The notes below the pieces were generated by a model. It had not been told where the DNA came from, ran no database searches, and was given only the letters and a program-made list of their open reading frames with translations. This document shows positions 9,687 through 20,163 of a stretch of DNA of 64,000 bases, piece after piece. The stretch comes from Polyangiaceae bacterium (GTDB lineage: Bacteria > Myxococcota_A > Polyangia > Polyangiales > Polyangiaceae): contig CBDCTZ010000016.1 of the NCBI GenBank assembly GCA_965222375.1, positions 1,056,001-1,120,000 on the forward strand. The letters are read 5' to 3'. How positions within the stretch are numbered: the stretch's first letter is position 1; the number at the start of each line of letters is the position of its first letter. A program made the translations under genes and the position numbers.

Positions 9687-10292
9687 TCAGAAGTGACCCA
9701 CCAAGTCCAGGCCGGTCATGTGCGGTCCGAGGCGCGGCGTGATGTGCAGCTTTGCCTGCGCGGGGGTGCGAACGATCTGTGACCCACTGCTGGCGACGCC
9801 GCCAATGATGAGAATGGCGCCCGCTGCCTGAAACACGCCATCGGCGATGATGAGCCCCTTTTCACCGGCGCCGTTCACCTGGCTCAGGCTGAGCCAAGGG
9901 CCGGCGATCGGGGCGTACATCGCGGACAGCTTGCCCGGCAGCGTGACGGCGGACACATAGGCGCCCGCGTAGCCAATCGAGAAGAACACGATCCCCGTGT
10001 GGCGCGCCGTCGCGCCGGGATCCGAGAAGCTGGTCCGAGCCTCGTATCCCGGAGGCGGAGCTTCGCCCTTGGGTATCACTCGCTCCACGCACTCGCCCTC
10101 CTCGCAGCGCCCGCTGGCACAGTCACGCGCACTCGTGCACACCTTGCCTAGGGCACAGGGGGGACAATCACCGCCGCAATCCACGTCCGCCTCAGGGCCG
10201 TTCTTGATCCCGTCGTGGCAGCTCTGCCCCGCAGAGCTGGGAGCCGACAGCAGCATCACGGCTAGAGCGATGCACGTGCGCGAGCGAAGCAT
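9687..10292 (-). CDS. Exported protein with a Cys-rich motif and a hydrophobic C-terminal domain
   Basis: Signal peptide; C.DGIKNG.E.DVDCGG.C..C motif common in myxobacteria. Confidence 0.75.
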   Translation of the reverse strand: MLRSRTCIALAVMLLSAPSSAGQSCHDGIKNGPEADVDCGGDCPPCALGKVCTSARDCASGRCEEGECVERVIPKGEAPPPGYEARTSFSDPGATARHTGIVFFSIGYAGAYVSAVTLPGKLSAMYAPIAGPWLSLSQVNGAGEKGLIIADGVFQAAGAILIIGGVASSGSQIVRTPAQAKLHITPRLGPHMTGLDLVGHF

Positions 10293-10333
10293 GGCGAGAG
10301 GCTAACCTGAGGTGCGCCGCGGTTCACAAAGAA

Positions 10334-10822
10334 TCAGGGCACGAGGCTGTGCTGGCTGGATGAATCCGGGGAGGTCTTCTTCTCGGGTTCGGGCAGGGGA
10401 GCTTCTGGAGCTCCGCTTGCGGCCAGAGCCGTCCCCGGAGGTGAAGGTGACGGAGCCGAGTTTTTCGTACGCTGGCCCAGCTCGAACCATCCGCGATCGA
10501 GTAGGGCGCGGCGGTCCGATCGCAAGGAGCCAGGATTGGCGCGCTCGACCTCGTAGGCGTAGGCGAGCCAGCGATGTGCGTGATTCAGATCGCCGAGGAC
10601 CAACAGGGTCATGCCGCGATACAGGCCGTACTCAGCGCGCTCTTTCGGCGTGTATTCGCCGAGGCGTCGCTCCGTGCGCTCGAAGACTTCCGCCGCTTCT
10701 ATGTAGCGTCCATCGGCATAGAGTGTGCCACCGCGCTGCACGTAGTTGCCACAGCCAGCGACCACGGCGACCAGTAGTGCCGGGACGAGCACTGAGCACA
10801 CGGACAGCGCAGTTCGACCCAT
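10334..10822 (-). CDS. TPR-like lipoprotein
   Basis: Lipobox VAGC; helical repeat 'G.TLY..GRY.EA', 'YRGMT...A.RWLA.A'. Confidence 0.75.
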   Translation of the reverse strand: MGRTALSVCSVLVPALLVAVVAGCGNYVQRGGTLYADGRYIEAAEVFERTERRLGEYTPKERAEYGLYRGMTLLVLGDLNHAHRWLAYAYEVERANPGSLRSDRRALLDRGWFELGQRTKNSAPSPSPPGTALAASGAPEAPLPEPEKKTSPDSSSQHSLVP

Positions 10823-10948
10823 ACCCACAGGATAGCGATACTTGCCAGGTCGCGCTACTCGCCCAGAGCCCGGGATTTTAGCGTCCAGTTTTGCGCTCTA
10901 TCAGGAGCCTTGCCGCGCTGCCTGGCGCGCTGTATCGCGCCTGTCGAC

Positions 10949-11227
10949 ATGGGAATCAAAGACAAGGTCAAGAAACGCGGTCTGGAGCTGATGGGTGACC
11001 CGCGGGTCATCAAGCTGATGCAGAACGAGCAGTTCATGAAGGCGATGATGACCGTCGTTCAAGTGCCTGGGAAGGTCGAGACCTTCACCGTGGAACAGAC
11101 GACGCGTTTCGCAAAAAACATGCGTCTCGCGACGGCAGAGGATCACAAGACCTTGAAACGCCAGGTCAAGAACCTCGAGGCTGAGGTCGCGAAGCTCAAG
11201 AAGCAGCTTGCTGCCCCGAAAAAGTAG
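10949..11227 (+). CDS. Small coiled-coil protein (phasin/PhaE C-terminus-like)
   Basis: Good codon bias; C-terminal LATAEDHKTLKRQVKNLEAEV heptads. Confidence 0.6.
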   Translation: MGIKDKVKKRGLELMGDPRVIKLMQNEQFMKAMMTVVQVPGKVETFTVEQTTRFAKNMRLATAEDHKTLKRQVKNLEAEVAKLKKQLAAPKK

Positions 11228-12299
11228 CGTCCTCCGCGGTTTGGCTGCGAAGCCAGTCGTCGATCAGCCGCCACGTGAGCCGCGGGGCTTGGCGCCCAAC
11301 CAGCATGTCCACGTGGCCGAAGGGCAACTGTCGGTAGGTCTTGTCGGTGGACCGCGAACGGGCAAAAGCGGGTTGAACGGATTTCGGTGGGGCCAGATCG
11401 TCGAAGCGGCCTGAGATGACCAGTAGAGGCTTGTCGAGGTCTTCGAACTGGCGCGCGTATCCGAACAGGCCGGCGTCCGCGTCGCCGCGTTTGGCTTCGC
11501 GGGCTCGGGAAAACATACCGCGCATGGTGGAGAGGCTGCCGATGTCCATCGCAAGAGCCATGTGTTCCCGCAGCACCTTTTCCTCGACGGATCCCCGATG
11601 AAAGCCACGCAATGGCAGAGGATAGAGTCGACTGTCGACGATGCGCCTGGCTCGGCGCACGAACCAACCATACGTGCGCGCTGGCACCGGTAGGTTGGGC
11701 AGGTCGAGCCTGGCGTCCAGGGTCAGCAGGGCTCCCCCGAGCAAAGTGAGCCAGGGGGAGCCGCGAGTGAAGTGGTACGGAGCCCCCAGAGTCACCACAC
11801 CAGCGACGCGCTCCTCTTCCTCCACGGCGCTGCAATAGGACACGATCCCCCCGAGGGAATGACCCAGGAGGTAGACTGGACCCGGGCCACCAAGTTCCTC
11901 GATCACGTCCAGCGCCGCGGGCACGTCGTGGTGCACGAAGTCCAGCACCGTGCCGGGCCGTTCTGCGCCAAGGTGCGCGCTACGGCCACGGCCTCGCAGG
12001 TCCACGTTGAAGACGTCGAATCCCGAACGTGCCAAGTGGTTGACCAGGCTGCGCGATGGCAGGTGAAAGGCGTAGCGGTTCTGCCCATAGCCGTGGATCA
12101 GTAGCAGCGAGGCTCGGGTGGGCAGGGCGAAGGTCTCCGGGTCGACACCCTCGGGAGCGCGCCCCGGTGGCACCTTCGCCGCCCGCTTGCGCACCATCGC
12201 AATGGGCACCCGGCTGCGGGCCAGGAGCAGCTGCTTGATGAACACCCCGCGGCTGTCGATGTCGACAGCCTGTTCCACGAGTCGTGTGTTCAGAATCAT
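11196..12299 (-). CDS. Alpha/beta hydrolase (PhaC-like fold, Ser nucleophile)
   Basis: LIHGY oxyanion motif, DLRG, GHSLGG, DDLAP and GHVD catalytic motifs. Confidence 0.85.
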   Translation of the reverse strand: MILNTRLVEQAVDIDSRGVFIKQLLLARSRVPIAMVRKRAAKVPPGRAPEGVDPETFALPTRASLLLIHGYGQNRYAFHLPSRSLVNHLARSGFDVFNVDLRGRGRSAHLGAERPGTVLDFVHHDVPAALDVIEELGGPGPVYLLGHSLGGIVSYCSAVEEEERVAGVVTLGAPYHFTRGSPWLTLLGGALLTLDARLDLPNLPVPARTYGWFVRRARRIVDSRLYPLPLRGFHRGSVEEKVLREHMALAMDIGSLSTMRGMFSRAREAKRGDADAGLFGYARQFEDLDKPLLVISGRFDDLAPPKSVQPAFARSRSTDKTYRQLPFGHVDMLVGRQAPRLTWRLIDDWLRSQTAEDATFSGQQAAS

Positions 12300-12381
12300 G
12301 CTGCCGACACAGGTTTGCCCTCAGTCGGCTCACTCGTCCAGCTCGATGTGCCCGAAAAAACGGCGCTTTGCAACAGCACAC

Positions 12382-12395
12382 TGTGCCATGGCACA
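12382..12395. promoter_or_regulatory. Perfect 14-bp palindrome between divergent genes (candidate transcription-factor site)
   Basis: TGTGCCATGGCACA. Confidence 0.4.
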
Positions 12396-12449
12396 ATGCG
12401 CTCACCTTTGGCACTAGTCGGCACATTCGGAGGGTGGAGGGACGAGGTA

Positions 12450-13391
12450 ATGCGTACGATGCGAGTTTATTTCTGTGCACTGGTCGTGGCCCTGTTTGGC
12501 GCGACGCCGGCTTGGGCCCAAGGAGCTGACGATGCAGACCCGCCGGCTGCGGAGCCTGAGGCGGGCGGTGGGGAAGCCGCCGCTGGTGAAGAGGCGGCCG
12601 GTGGTGATGCGGCGGCTGGCGAGGGCCACGACACGGGCGAGGCCGAAGCCAAAGCCGAGGCGACGGACACCGACGAGAAGAAGGCCGAGCGCGCGGAGGC
12701 CATGGAGGATGCGGCCGGCGCCGACTCCCCCATCGAAGAGCCTGGCAAGACCTACCACTTCGTCGGCTTGCGCTACCGCGGCATCATCGTGCCCAAGTTC
12801 ATGATGAACCTCTTCGGCGACGGCGGACGCACGGTCTACAACCATGCCGTCGGACCCGAGTTCACGATCCGCAAAGACGGCTTCGAGTACGTGTTCAGCC
12901 TTTGGTACGCGTCCTACGCCATGAAGCCGACGCCGTTCAAGTCCAGTTCGGATCCGGAGCTGGCTTGGGAAATCGTCGAGAGCAAGCTGAACTCGATCTT
13001 CCTGACCTCGGACTTCTTGTGGAGCAGCGAGCTGTCGCCGGAGTTTTCATTGAACTACGGTATGGGTGCCGGCTTCGGCATCATCTTTGGTGATCTGATC
13101 CGGGAGCAGTCCTACCCCGTCAGCGGTCAGCCCGGCGACCCCTACGACTACGAGCCTTGCGTTGCCCAGGGCATCCCCGACCCAAACTACTGTGGTACGG
13201 ACAACGATCACTACAATGGCTTCACAGAGCCCAGCTGGGCAGACGGCGGTTCCAAACCGATTATCTTCCCCTGGCTCGTTGCGCAGACCGGGTTTCGCTA
13301 CAAGCCGCACAAGAACTTCGCTGCGCGCTTGGACGCCGGCTTCGGCACGACGGGTTTCTTCGTCGGCCTGGCCGGCAACTACGGGCTCTGA
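12450..13391 (+). CDS. Exported, probably outer-membrane beta-barrel protein
   Basis: Signal peptide ending AWA, acidic linker, amphipathic strands, ends GNYGL. Confidence 0.7.
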   Translation: MRTMRVYFCALVVALFGATPAWAQGADDADPPAAEPEAGGGEAAAGEEAAGGDAAAGEGHDTGEAEAKAEATDTDEKKAERAEAMEDAAGADSPIEEPGKTYHFVGLRYRGIIVPKFMMNLFGDGGRTVYNHAVGPEFTIRKDGFEYVFSLWYASYAMKPTPFKSSSDPELAWEIVESKLNSIFLTSDFLWSSELSPEFSLNYGMGAGFGIIFGDLIREQSYPVSGQPGDPYDYEPCVAQGIPDPNYCGTDNDHYNGFTEPSWADGGSKPIIFPWLVAQTGFRYKPHKNFAARLDAGFGTTGFFVGLAGNYGL

Positions 13392-13410
13392 GGCCGCGTA
13401 GTCGAAGCCC

Positions 13411-16400
13411 ATGAACGCGCCTGCGCTGACGCTTCCGGATCGCTACCAAGCCATCGCATGCCTCGGTCAGGGCGGAGGGGGCGAGGTTTGGTCGGTTCGG
13501 GACCGTCACGCGGGCACCCGCGCAGCCCTCAAGGTGCTGTCCTCGGATGCGAGCGGGCGGGAAATGGCCGCTTTGGTCCGCGAAGCCGTCGCCCTCTCCG
13601 GCTTGGAGGGTCTCGGGGTGCCCCGAGTGCTCGCCTTTGGTCGCTTGGGCGACGGCCGCCCCTACATGGTGCGCGAGCTGGTCGAGGGCCAGAGCTTGCA
13701 GGACTTGATCGAGCAGCGGTCGGACCCCATGGCGGCGCTCGAGGCGCTGGCCGGCGCGGCGGATCAGCTGACGGTTGTGCACCGTTCCGGGCTTCTGCAT
13801 GGCGACTTCAAGCCAGCGAACGTGATCGTCGAGCCCGGGGGGCAAGCGACCCTCGTGGACTTGGGGCTCGCGGCTCCGTGGCGCGAACAGGGGACTCAGC
13901 CCGAGGGCTTGACACCACGCTACGCCGCGCCGGAACTGTTTCAGGGTCGCCCGCTCACGGTACGCGCCGAGATCTACGCCCTTGGTGTGGCGCTGATCGA
14001 AGCCTTGGAGGCGACGGAGCGCATGGCACCCAAGGCGAGGGAGCGACTGGACGCCGTCGCGCAGCGCGCCACCGAGTCGGACCCCAACAAGCGCTACCCC
14101 TCGGCGGATGAGTTCGCCGCCGCTCTGCGCCACGCCGCGGGGGTCGGGGGCAGCAGTAGCCACCACGAACAGCCCGGGCTGTGGCCGGTGGTGGGGATGG
14201 ATTCGACGGCCAACTCGCTGCTCGAAGCGGTTCGTGGCCTGCCCCGGGGCTCCTGCCTGCGCGTCGCGGGTCCCCCCGGCGCAGGGCGAAGCGCGCTGCT
14301 GCGTCGTACGGCTTGGTCGCTGGGCATCGAAGGCAAGCCTCTGGTTTGGCTAGACGAGCACATCGCCGCAGCTCCCCGCGCGGTAGAAGCGGAATTGGCG
14401 TCGATCGACTCCTTCGCTGGCGTCACCGTGTTGGTGGACGATGCAGACGCTCTAGATGACCAAGCGTGGTCCGCATTGCTCAAGAGTCGTGATGCGGGGG
14501 CGAAGCTGGTGGCGGCGGGCGGTGAGCGTCTGGGCAATGTGGCGAAGATCTTCGAAATCCCGCCTTTGGACGACGCTGCGGCGACGGATCTGGTGCGCCG
14601 AGCGATCCCGTCGCTGACCGAATCGCTGGTGGAGCGCGTGGTCGAAGCGAGCGGCTGTCGCCCTGGCGAACTTCGACGAATCGTACGCGCGCTGGCCAGC
14701 GAAGCTGTGGCCTCCCAAGCGGACATCGCGCAGATCCTCTCCGAAAACGTTCTCGTGGCTCAGGAGCTGCCAGAACAACCTTTGGAGCGCGCCCAGTACT
14801 TCCTCGATCGGGGTCGCTACAATGACGCTCGCGCCGTACTCGAGGTGCTGGACGAACCTGAGTCCCTGAGCGTGGCGGTGGTGCGAGCGCGTCTGGCGAT
14901 CGGTTTGGGCGAAGCCGCCAAAGCGCTCGAGATCTTGCGTGGAGTCGAGAAGCAGGCGCAGAAGCAACCCAAGAGCGAGTTGGGCAAGACCTGGCGCGTC
15001 ATCTTGGCGCGAGCGCATTTCGGCATGGGCGAGTACGAGCAAACCCTCAGCTTGGCCCAACCCCTGTTGGAAGAAGCCGGCGCCCTGGGCGCCGAAGCCC
15101 TCGCATTCCGTGGCGCAGCGCTCTCCTTCCTGGGTCGACACGAAGAGGCAGAGACGGATATGCAGCGGGCGGTGGAGCACGCCCGCAAGGCCGGCCTGCC
15201 TCGTGCGGAGGCCGTTGCCCTGGCGTGCCTGGGCGTGGCCTTGCAGCGCAGCGATCGCGCTGATGGCGCGAAGGAAGCGTATCAAAGCGGCGTAGATGCC
15301 GCCGAGCGCGCCGGCGATGCAGGAATGATGGCGACGCTCCAGCTGAACCTAGCGGGGTTGCTGAAGATCCAAGGGGACATCGCGGGCGCGATCGAGCGTT
15401 TCGAGGCCGCCCTCGACATGGGCAAGCGCTCGGGACGTCGCTCGACGATGCGGATGGCGCTGCTGAATCTCGCCAACACGGATCTCTATCTAGGCCGACT
15501 TGCGCGGGCCCGAACCAGCATCGAGTTCTTGGGGGCCGAGCGCGAGAACTTGCCCCCCACTCAGGTTGCGCAGTTCTTGGGTCTGCGCGCCGAGTTGGAA
15601 GCGAAGCAAGCGGCGCTGGTGGACTCCGAAGCTTCCTACGAGGAATGCGCTAGAGCTTACGAGGCTCTGGCCCGTTTCCACGATGCTGCGGAGGCGCGAC
15701 TGGAAGGGGTCCTGTTGGCGTCCCGGGTCGACTTGCCGGATGTGGGCGCGCTGCGCGGCCGCTTCGAGCAAGCAAAAGAGCAACTGGGTGACACGCCGGT
15801 GCATCGCCCTCTGTTGTGTCTGTGTGCCGCCCGCATTGCATGGCTGGTGGGGGACGAAACCGACGCCCGAGCGCGAATCGACGAAGCGCTCGAGGCCTCC
15901 CGCAAGGGCGGACAGCGGGAATGGTTGTGGCGCTCCTTGGAGGCTCGAGCAGAACTCGAAGAAGACGGCGGGCAACCCATGCGCGCGCGTCGAGATCGGG
16001 AAGAAGCCCTGGCGGTGCTGGAGGGGATTGGGGAGCGCCTGCCTCGGGATCTGCGCGAGGTCTACTGGAACGATCCCCGGCGGCGGACTCTGCGTGAGAG
16101 CGTGCAGGGCGAGCTGTCTGTCGCGCCGACGGCGCACGCACCCATCGATCTCCTTGCCAAGGCGGGGGGCCCCAGGACCCTGAAGGCGGCAAGCCGGACG
16201 AGCGTATCCAGCTTGACGGTTACGCCCCTGGAGCAGCGTTTAGCGCGGCTGCTTGAAGTGAACGCCGAGCTCGCCGGCGAGATGGACCTGGACCGCCTGA
16301 CGGCACGCATCACCGACTACGCCGTCGAACTGCTGCGCGCGGAGCGGGGGTTCGTGTTGCTGTTGGAAGAAGACGGCACGTTGACGGTGCACGCGTCGCG

Positions 16401-17871
16401 GCTTCGTGCCGAAGGCGAGCACGCTGAGTTCTCCCGTTCCATTGCGCGCACCGTCGTGACGAAGGGCGAGCCCATGGTCAGCCTCAGCGCCCAGAACGAT
16501 GCGCGCTTGAAGGGCTACGCGAGTGTGCATCAGTTGATGTTGAGCTCCGTGGCGTGTGTACCCATTCTGGCGCCCACGGGCAGCGCCATCGGCGCGCTCT
16601 ATGTCGAGACGCACACTCGCTCGGGCAGCCACTTCGAGCAAGAGCTGCCCATGCTCCGCGCCTTCGCGGACCAAGTTGCCATCGCCATCGAAACCGCGCG
16701 CCTGATTGGCGAGAACAAGCGTCGCGCGGACGAGCTGGAGGCGGCCAACCACGAGCTGGAGGAGGCCCAGGGGCGACTGCGGGAGCTATTGGGCGAGCGG
16801 ACCAAGAAGTTGAATGCCGCGCGGCGCAAGCTGCGGGACGCTCGTGACACCCTCTATGGCCACTTTGGCTACCAAGACTTGGTTGGCACGAGCGACGCCA
16901 TGCGTCGGGTGTACTCGCTCATCGATCGCGTCAAAGACACGGACGTTCCGATTCTGATCACGGGCGAAAGCGGTACGGGCAAAGAGGTCGTGGCCCGCGC
17001 CATTCACAATGCTTCACAGCGCTCGAAGAAGAAGTTTCTCGGGGTCAACTGTGGAGCGATCCCCGAGCACCTCTTGGAGAGCGAACTCTTTGGCAATGTG
17101 CGCGGCGCCTTCACCGGCGCGGACAAGGAGCGTAAGGGGCTGATCCGTGAAGGGGAGGGCGGCACTGTCCTGCTCGACGAGATTGGCGAGATGCCCCAAA
17201 AGATGCAGGCCAGCATGCTTCGGGTGCTGCAAGAGCGAAAAGTGCGCCCTGTGGGAGGAAGCGACGAAGAGCATGTAGACGTGCGGCTGATCTTCGCCAC
17301 CAATCGCGAATTGGAAGCGATGGTGAAGGAAGGCACGTTCCGTGAAGATCTCTACTACCGAATTCACGTGGTTGAAGTGGCGCTGCCGCCACTGAGGGAC
17401 CGAACCGAAGACGTGCCCCAGCTGGTCGACTTCTTCTTGGGGATCTTTTCCGCTCGCTACAAGCGAGAGAAGGGCACCGTGTCACGAACTGCCATGCGAC
17501 GGCTGACTGCGTTCTCCTGGCCGGGCAACGTTCGGCAGCTGGAGCATGTCCTGCTCAATGCTTGGGTGCTATCCGAGCATGCTGAACTGAACGTGGAGGA
17601 CTTCGACCTTCCCGACGCCATGCAGCAGCAGATGCGGGAACGCCGCCTGAGCGAACGCCCGCCACCGCCTAGTTCTATGGCGCCAAGCGCGCTGCCACCG
17701 AGCTCTGGCCGCCCGCCAAAGAGTACGGCAAGTCAGCATCGCCGTGACGAGCGGGAGCGGATCTTGAAAGCGCTGCAAGCCTGCAATTGGAATCGGGTGA
17801 AAGCCGCCAAGATGGTCGGCATTCCCCGCCGCACGTTCTACCGCCGCCTCAAAAACCACGGCATTCAGTGA
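13411..17871 (+). CDS. Sigma54-dependent activator with N-terminal Ser/Thr kinase, degenerate P-loop, TPR and GAF domains
   Basis: LGQGGGGEV, ALK, HGDFKPAN, DLG and APE kinase motifs; GESGTGKE, GAFTGA, LDEIGE and WPGNVRQL AAA+ motifs; Fis HTH. Confidence 0.92.
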   Translation: MNAPALTLPDRYQAIACLGQGGGGEVWSVRDRHAGTRAALKVLSSDASGREMAALVREAVALSGLEGLGVPRVLAFGRLGDGRPYMVRELVEGQSLQDLIEQRSDPMAALEALAGAADQLTVVHRSGLLHGDFKPANVIVEPGGQATLVDLGLAAPWREQGTQPEGLTPRYAAPELFQGRPLTVRAEIYALGVALIEALEATERMAPKARERLDAVAQRATESDPNKRYPSADEFAAALRHAAGVGGSSSHHEQPGLWPVVGMDSTANSLLEAVRGLPRGSCLRVAGPPGAGRSALLRRTAWSLGIEGKPLVWLDEHIAAAPRAVEAELASIDSFAGVTVLVDDADALDDQAWSALLKSRDAGAKLVAAGGERLGNVAKIFEIPPLDDAAATDLVRRAIPSLTESLVERVVEASGCRPGELRRIVRALASEAVASQADIAQILSENVLVAQELPEQPLERAQYFLDRGRYNDARAVLEVLDEPESLSVAVVRARLAIGLGEAAKALEILRGVEKQAQKQPKSELGKTWRVILARAHFGMGEYEQTLSLAQPLLEEAGALGAEALAFRGAALSFLGRHEEAETDMQRAVEHARKAGLPRAEAVALACLGVALQRSDRADGAKEAYQSGVDAAERAGDAGMMATLQLNLAGLLKIQGDIAGAIERFEAALDMGKRSGRRSTMRMALLNLANTDLYLGRLARARTSIEFLGAERENLPPTQVAQFLGLRAELEAKQAALVDSEASYEECARAYEALARFHDAAEARLEGVLLASRVDLPDVGALRGRFEQAKEQLGDTPVHRPLLCLCAARIAWLVGDETDARARIDEALEASRKGGQREWLWRSLEARAELEEDGGQPMRARRDREEALAVLEGIGERLPRDLREVYWNDPRRRTLRESVQGELSVAPTAHAPIDLLAKAGGPRTLKAASRTSVSSLTVTPLEQRLARLLEVNAELAGEMDLDRLTARITDYAVELLRAERGFVLLLEEDGTLTVHASRLRAEGEHAEFSRSIARTVVTKGEPMVSLSAQNDARLKGYASVHQLMLSSVACVPILAPTGSAIGALYVETHTRSGSHFEQELPMLRAFADQVAIAIETARLIGENKRRADELEAANHELEEAQGRLRELLGERTKKLNAARRKLRDARDTLYGHFGYQDLVGTSDAMRRVYSLIDRVKDTDVPILITGESGTGKEVVARAIHNASQRSKKKFLGVNCGAIPEHLLESELFGNVRGAFTGADKERKGLIREGEGGTVLLDEIGEMPQKMQASMLRVLQERKVRPVGGSDEEHVDVRLIFATNRELEAMVKEGTFREDLYYRIHVVEVALPPLRDRTEDVPQLVDFFLGIFSARYKREKGTVSRTAMRRLTAFSWPGNVRQLEHVLLNAWVLSEHAELNVEDFDLPDAMQQQMRERRLSERPPPPSSMAPSALPPSSGRPPKSTASQHRRDERERILKALQACNWNRVKAAKMVGIPRRTFYRRLKNHGIQ

Positions 17872-17922
17872 CGCTGGGTCGCGTCGCGTCTGCGACGTCC
17901 TGGGCCGCCCTTGCTCGATTCA

Positions 17923-18128
17923 GAGAGGGAACAGGAAGAGGAAGGGGGAATGGGGTTCGCGTCGGCGGGAGGCGGCGGGCCTCGCGTCTTGCGCAGGGCC
18001 ATGCAGAGCGGATGGAGCGGGCTGGGGAAGCGCTTGGACGAGTCCGGTTCCTTTACAAGGAGACATAGATCCGAACAGACCCAAACCCTCTTCCTTCCCA
18101 CCCTTCCCGCCCTCCTGTTCAATCTCTC
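17923..18128. repeat. Inverted-repeat-bounded element between convergent genes
   Basis: GAGAGGGAACAGGAAGAGGAAGGGGGAA (17923-17950) is imperfectly complementary to TTCCTTCCCACCCTTCCCGCCCTCCTGTTCAATCTCTC (18091-18128). Confidence 0.55.
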
Positions 18129-18197
18129 CGTGCGCACCCGATGGAACCAGTGCGTAATCACAAGTGCTGCGTGGGGCCCTTGGGGCGGCCGAGGGAG

Positions 18198-20144
18198 CTA
18201 GCCGATCTTCAGCTGGCGGAGCTTCTTGTGCAGACCCTCGCGGGTGATGCCCAAGGTCTTGGCCGCGCTGGTCTTGTTTCCGTCGTGATCCCTCAGTGCT
18301 TCTAGCAAGAAGAACTTTTCGACCTGTTCGACCATCTCCTTGAGGGTGCCTTTTTGGGCGCCGGCCTTTTCGATCACGGATTCGATCCGGCGCACTCGCG
18401 GGCTCAGCAGATCCGGGCCGATGAAGCCGTCCGCGTCGGCTTGGATCACGAGGCGCTGCACTTCGTTTTCGAGTTCACGCACGTTGCCGGGCCATTCGTA
18501 GCTCATCAAGAGCTCCATCGTGCCCTGGGCGAAGCCTTGAACGGGTTTGCCGATTTCCTTCGTGTAGCGGTCCAGGAAATGCCCGGCCAATAGCGGGACG
18601 TCCTCGCGCCGCTCACTCAGCGCGGGAACCCTGAGCGGAAACACCTTCAGGCGGTAGTATAGGTCTTCGCGGAAACGTCCCGCCTCGACCTCTTTTTCCA
18701 GGTTGCGATTGCACGCCGCCACGATGCGAACGTCCACGACCTTGTTGTGGGTCGCTCCGACTGGCCGGATCTCCCCCTCCTGCAACACTCGAAGCAGCTT
18801 GGCCTGCAGAGCCAGCGGCATCTCCGAGACTTCGTCCAAAAAGAGTGTGCCGCCGTCGGCCACGTCGAAGAGCCCTCGTTTCTCCTCGGTGGCACCCGTG
18901 AAGGCGCCCTTCTTGTGACCGAAGAGTTCGCTCTCCAGCAGGTTCTCGGGTAGCGCCGCGCAGTTTTGGGCGACGAAGAGCTTTCCGCTGCGTCGACTCT
19001 TGTCGTGAACCCTGGAAGCCACGAGCTCTTTGCCCGTGCCCGTGGCCCCCTCGATCAACACCGTGACCCGGGTGTCGACCACCTTGTCCAGCTGAGCCAA
19101 CATCGTCTTGATGGCTTTGCTTTCCCCGATGATCTCCGCTCGGCCGGAGCGAGAGCGCTCGCGACCCTTGAGGTAGGTGTTTTCCTTCTGGAGCTGTTGT
19201 TCTGCCAAGGTCAGGCGTCGGATCAGTCGCGCGTTGGCCACCGCCAACGAGGCAGTCGCCGCCAGCACGCCCAGGGCGTCCAAGTCCGAAGAGTCGAACA
19301 TGCTCGGCGTGTCCCGATTGTCGACCTGCAGCACGCCCAGAATGTCCTCTCCCTTCCAGAGCGGCACGCCGATGGTGCTTCGGATGCTCGCACCGAGTAG
19401 AGACTCGGAACTGAACGCTTCACTCGGTGCGTCAGCGGCGAGCACGGCTGCCCGCTCCCGCACGACCTTTCGAAACACACTCCGTGTTACGGGAACTGCT
19501 TCGTCAGGCGACTGACCTGAGCCTTCCGCACTCCGCACCCGGGTGAGGACTGGCACGAAACCCGACTCGGACGCGACTTCCTCGGAATCGGGTTCGTCCT
19601 TCAGCACCAAGGTTGCGTGCGTCGCACTGGGGACCAATTCCAACGCCGCGTCGCCGACGGTCTGCAACACTTCGTCCAAATCCTCGGCGGCCCCAATGGC
19701 CTTCTGCACGCGGTACAACGTCTTGAGAACGTCTGTATTGCGTTCCACGGAGCTGGTCGTGCCCGACAGTTCCGCGATGGGTCGCACGCTGACGACGTGG
19801 GGTTCCAGCTCTTCGGCGACGGTGATGCGCAGTCGAGTTGCTTCGTCGCCTTCTCCGCCCAATTCGAGAACGTCGCCATCCTCGAGGACAGACTTCCGGT
19901 TGCTGTCACCTAACGCAATGCGGCTGTCTCCCCGCAGCACGGCAGTTCCGTTGGTGCTGTGCAGGTCCTCGATGGTCACGGTTTCCTCACCGATGACCAG
20001 GCGAGCGTGCTCGCTGGAAAGGTGGGATTCGGGTAGCTCTAGGTCACTTTTCGGCCCGCGCCCGATGCGCACCACATCCCCCTCCGGCTCGAGGACGCTG
20101 CCTGCGCGCGAGCCGGAGAGAACTTCGATGCGAACTGAGGGCAT
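18198..20144 (-). CDS. FHA-GAF sigma54-dependent activator
   Basis: FHA motifs IGR, S..H and DL.STNGT; GAF domain; [24 protein letters not shown]; Fis HTH. Confidence 0.93.
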   Translation of the reverse strand: MPSVRIEVLSGSRAGSVLEPEGDVVRIGRGPKSDLELPESHLSSEHARLVIGEETVTIEDLHSTNGTAVLRGDSRIALGDSNRKSVLEDGDVLELGGEGDEATRLRITVAEELEPHVVSVRPIAELSGTTSSVERNTDVLKTLYRVQKAIGAAEDLDEVLQTVGDAALELVPSATHATLVLKDEPDSEEVASESGFVPVLTRVRSAEGSGQSPDEAVPVTRSVFRKVVRERAAVLAADAPSEAFSSESLLGASIRSTIGVPLWKGEDILGVLQVDNRDTPSMFDSSDLDALGVLAATASLAVANARLIRRLTLAEQQLQKENTYLKGRERSRSGRAEIIGESKAIKTMLAQLDKVVDTRVTVLIEGATGTGKELVASRVHDKSRRSGKLFVAQNCAALPENLLESELFGHKKGAFTGATEEKRGLFDVADGGTLFLDEVSEMPLALQAKLLRVLQEGEIRPVGATHNKVVDVRIVAACNRNLEKEVEAGRFREDLYYRLKVFPLRVPALSERREDVPLLAGHFLDRYTKEIGKPVQGFAQGTMELLMSYEWPGNVRELENEVQRLVIQADADGFIGPDLLSPRVRRIESVIEKAGAQKGTLKEMVEQVEKFFLLEALRDHDGNKTSAAKTLGITREGLHKKLRQLKIG

Positions 20145-20163
20145 GAGGGCGCGGAGCCTGCGC

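Noticed and set aside
12389..12424. sigma54 promoters at two TGGCAC sites
   Set aside because: The GG-to-GC spacing is not 10 nt at either site.
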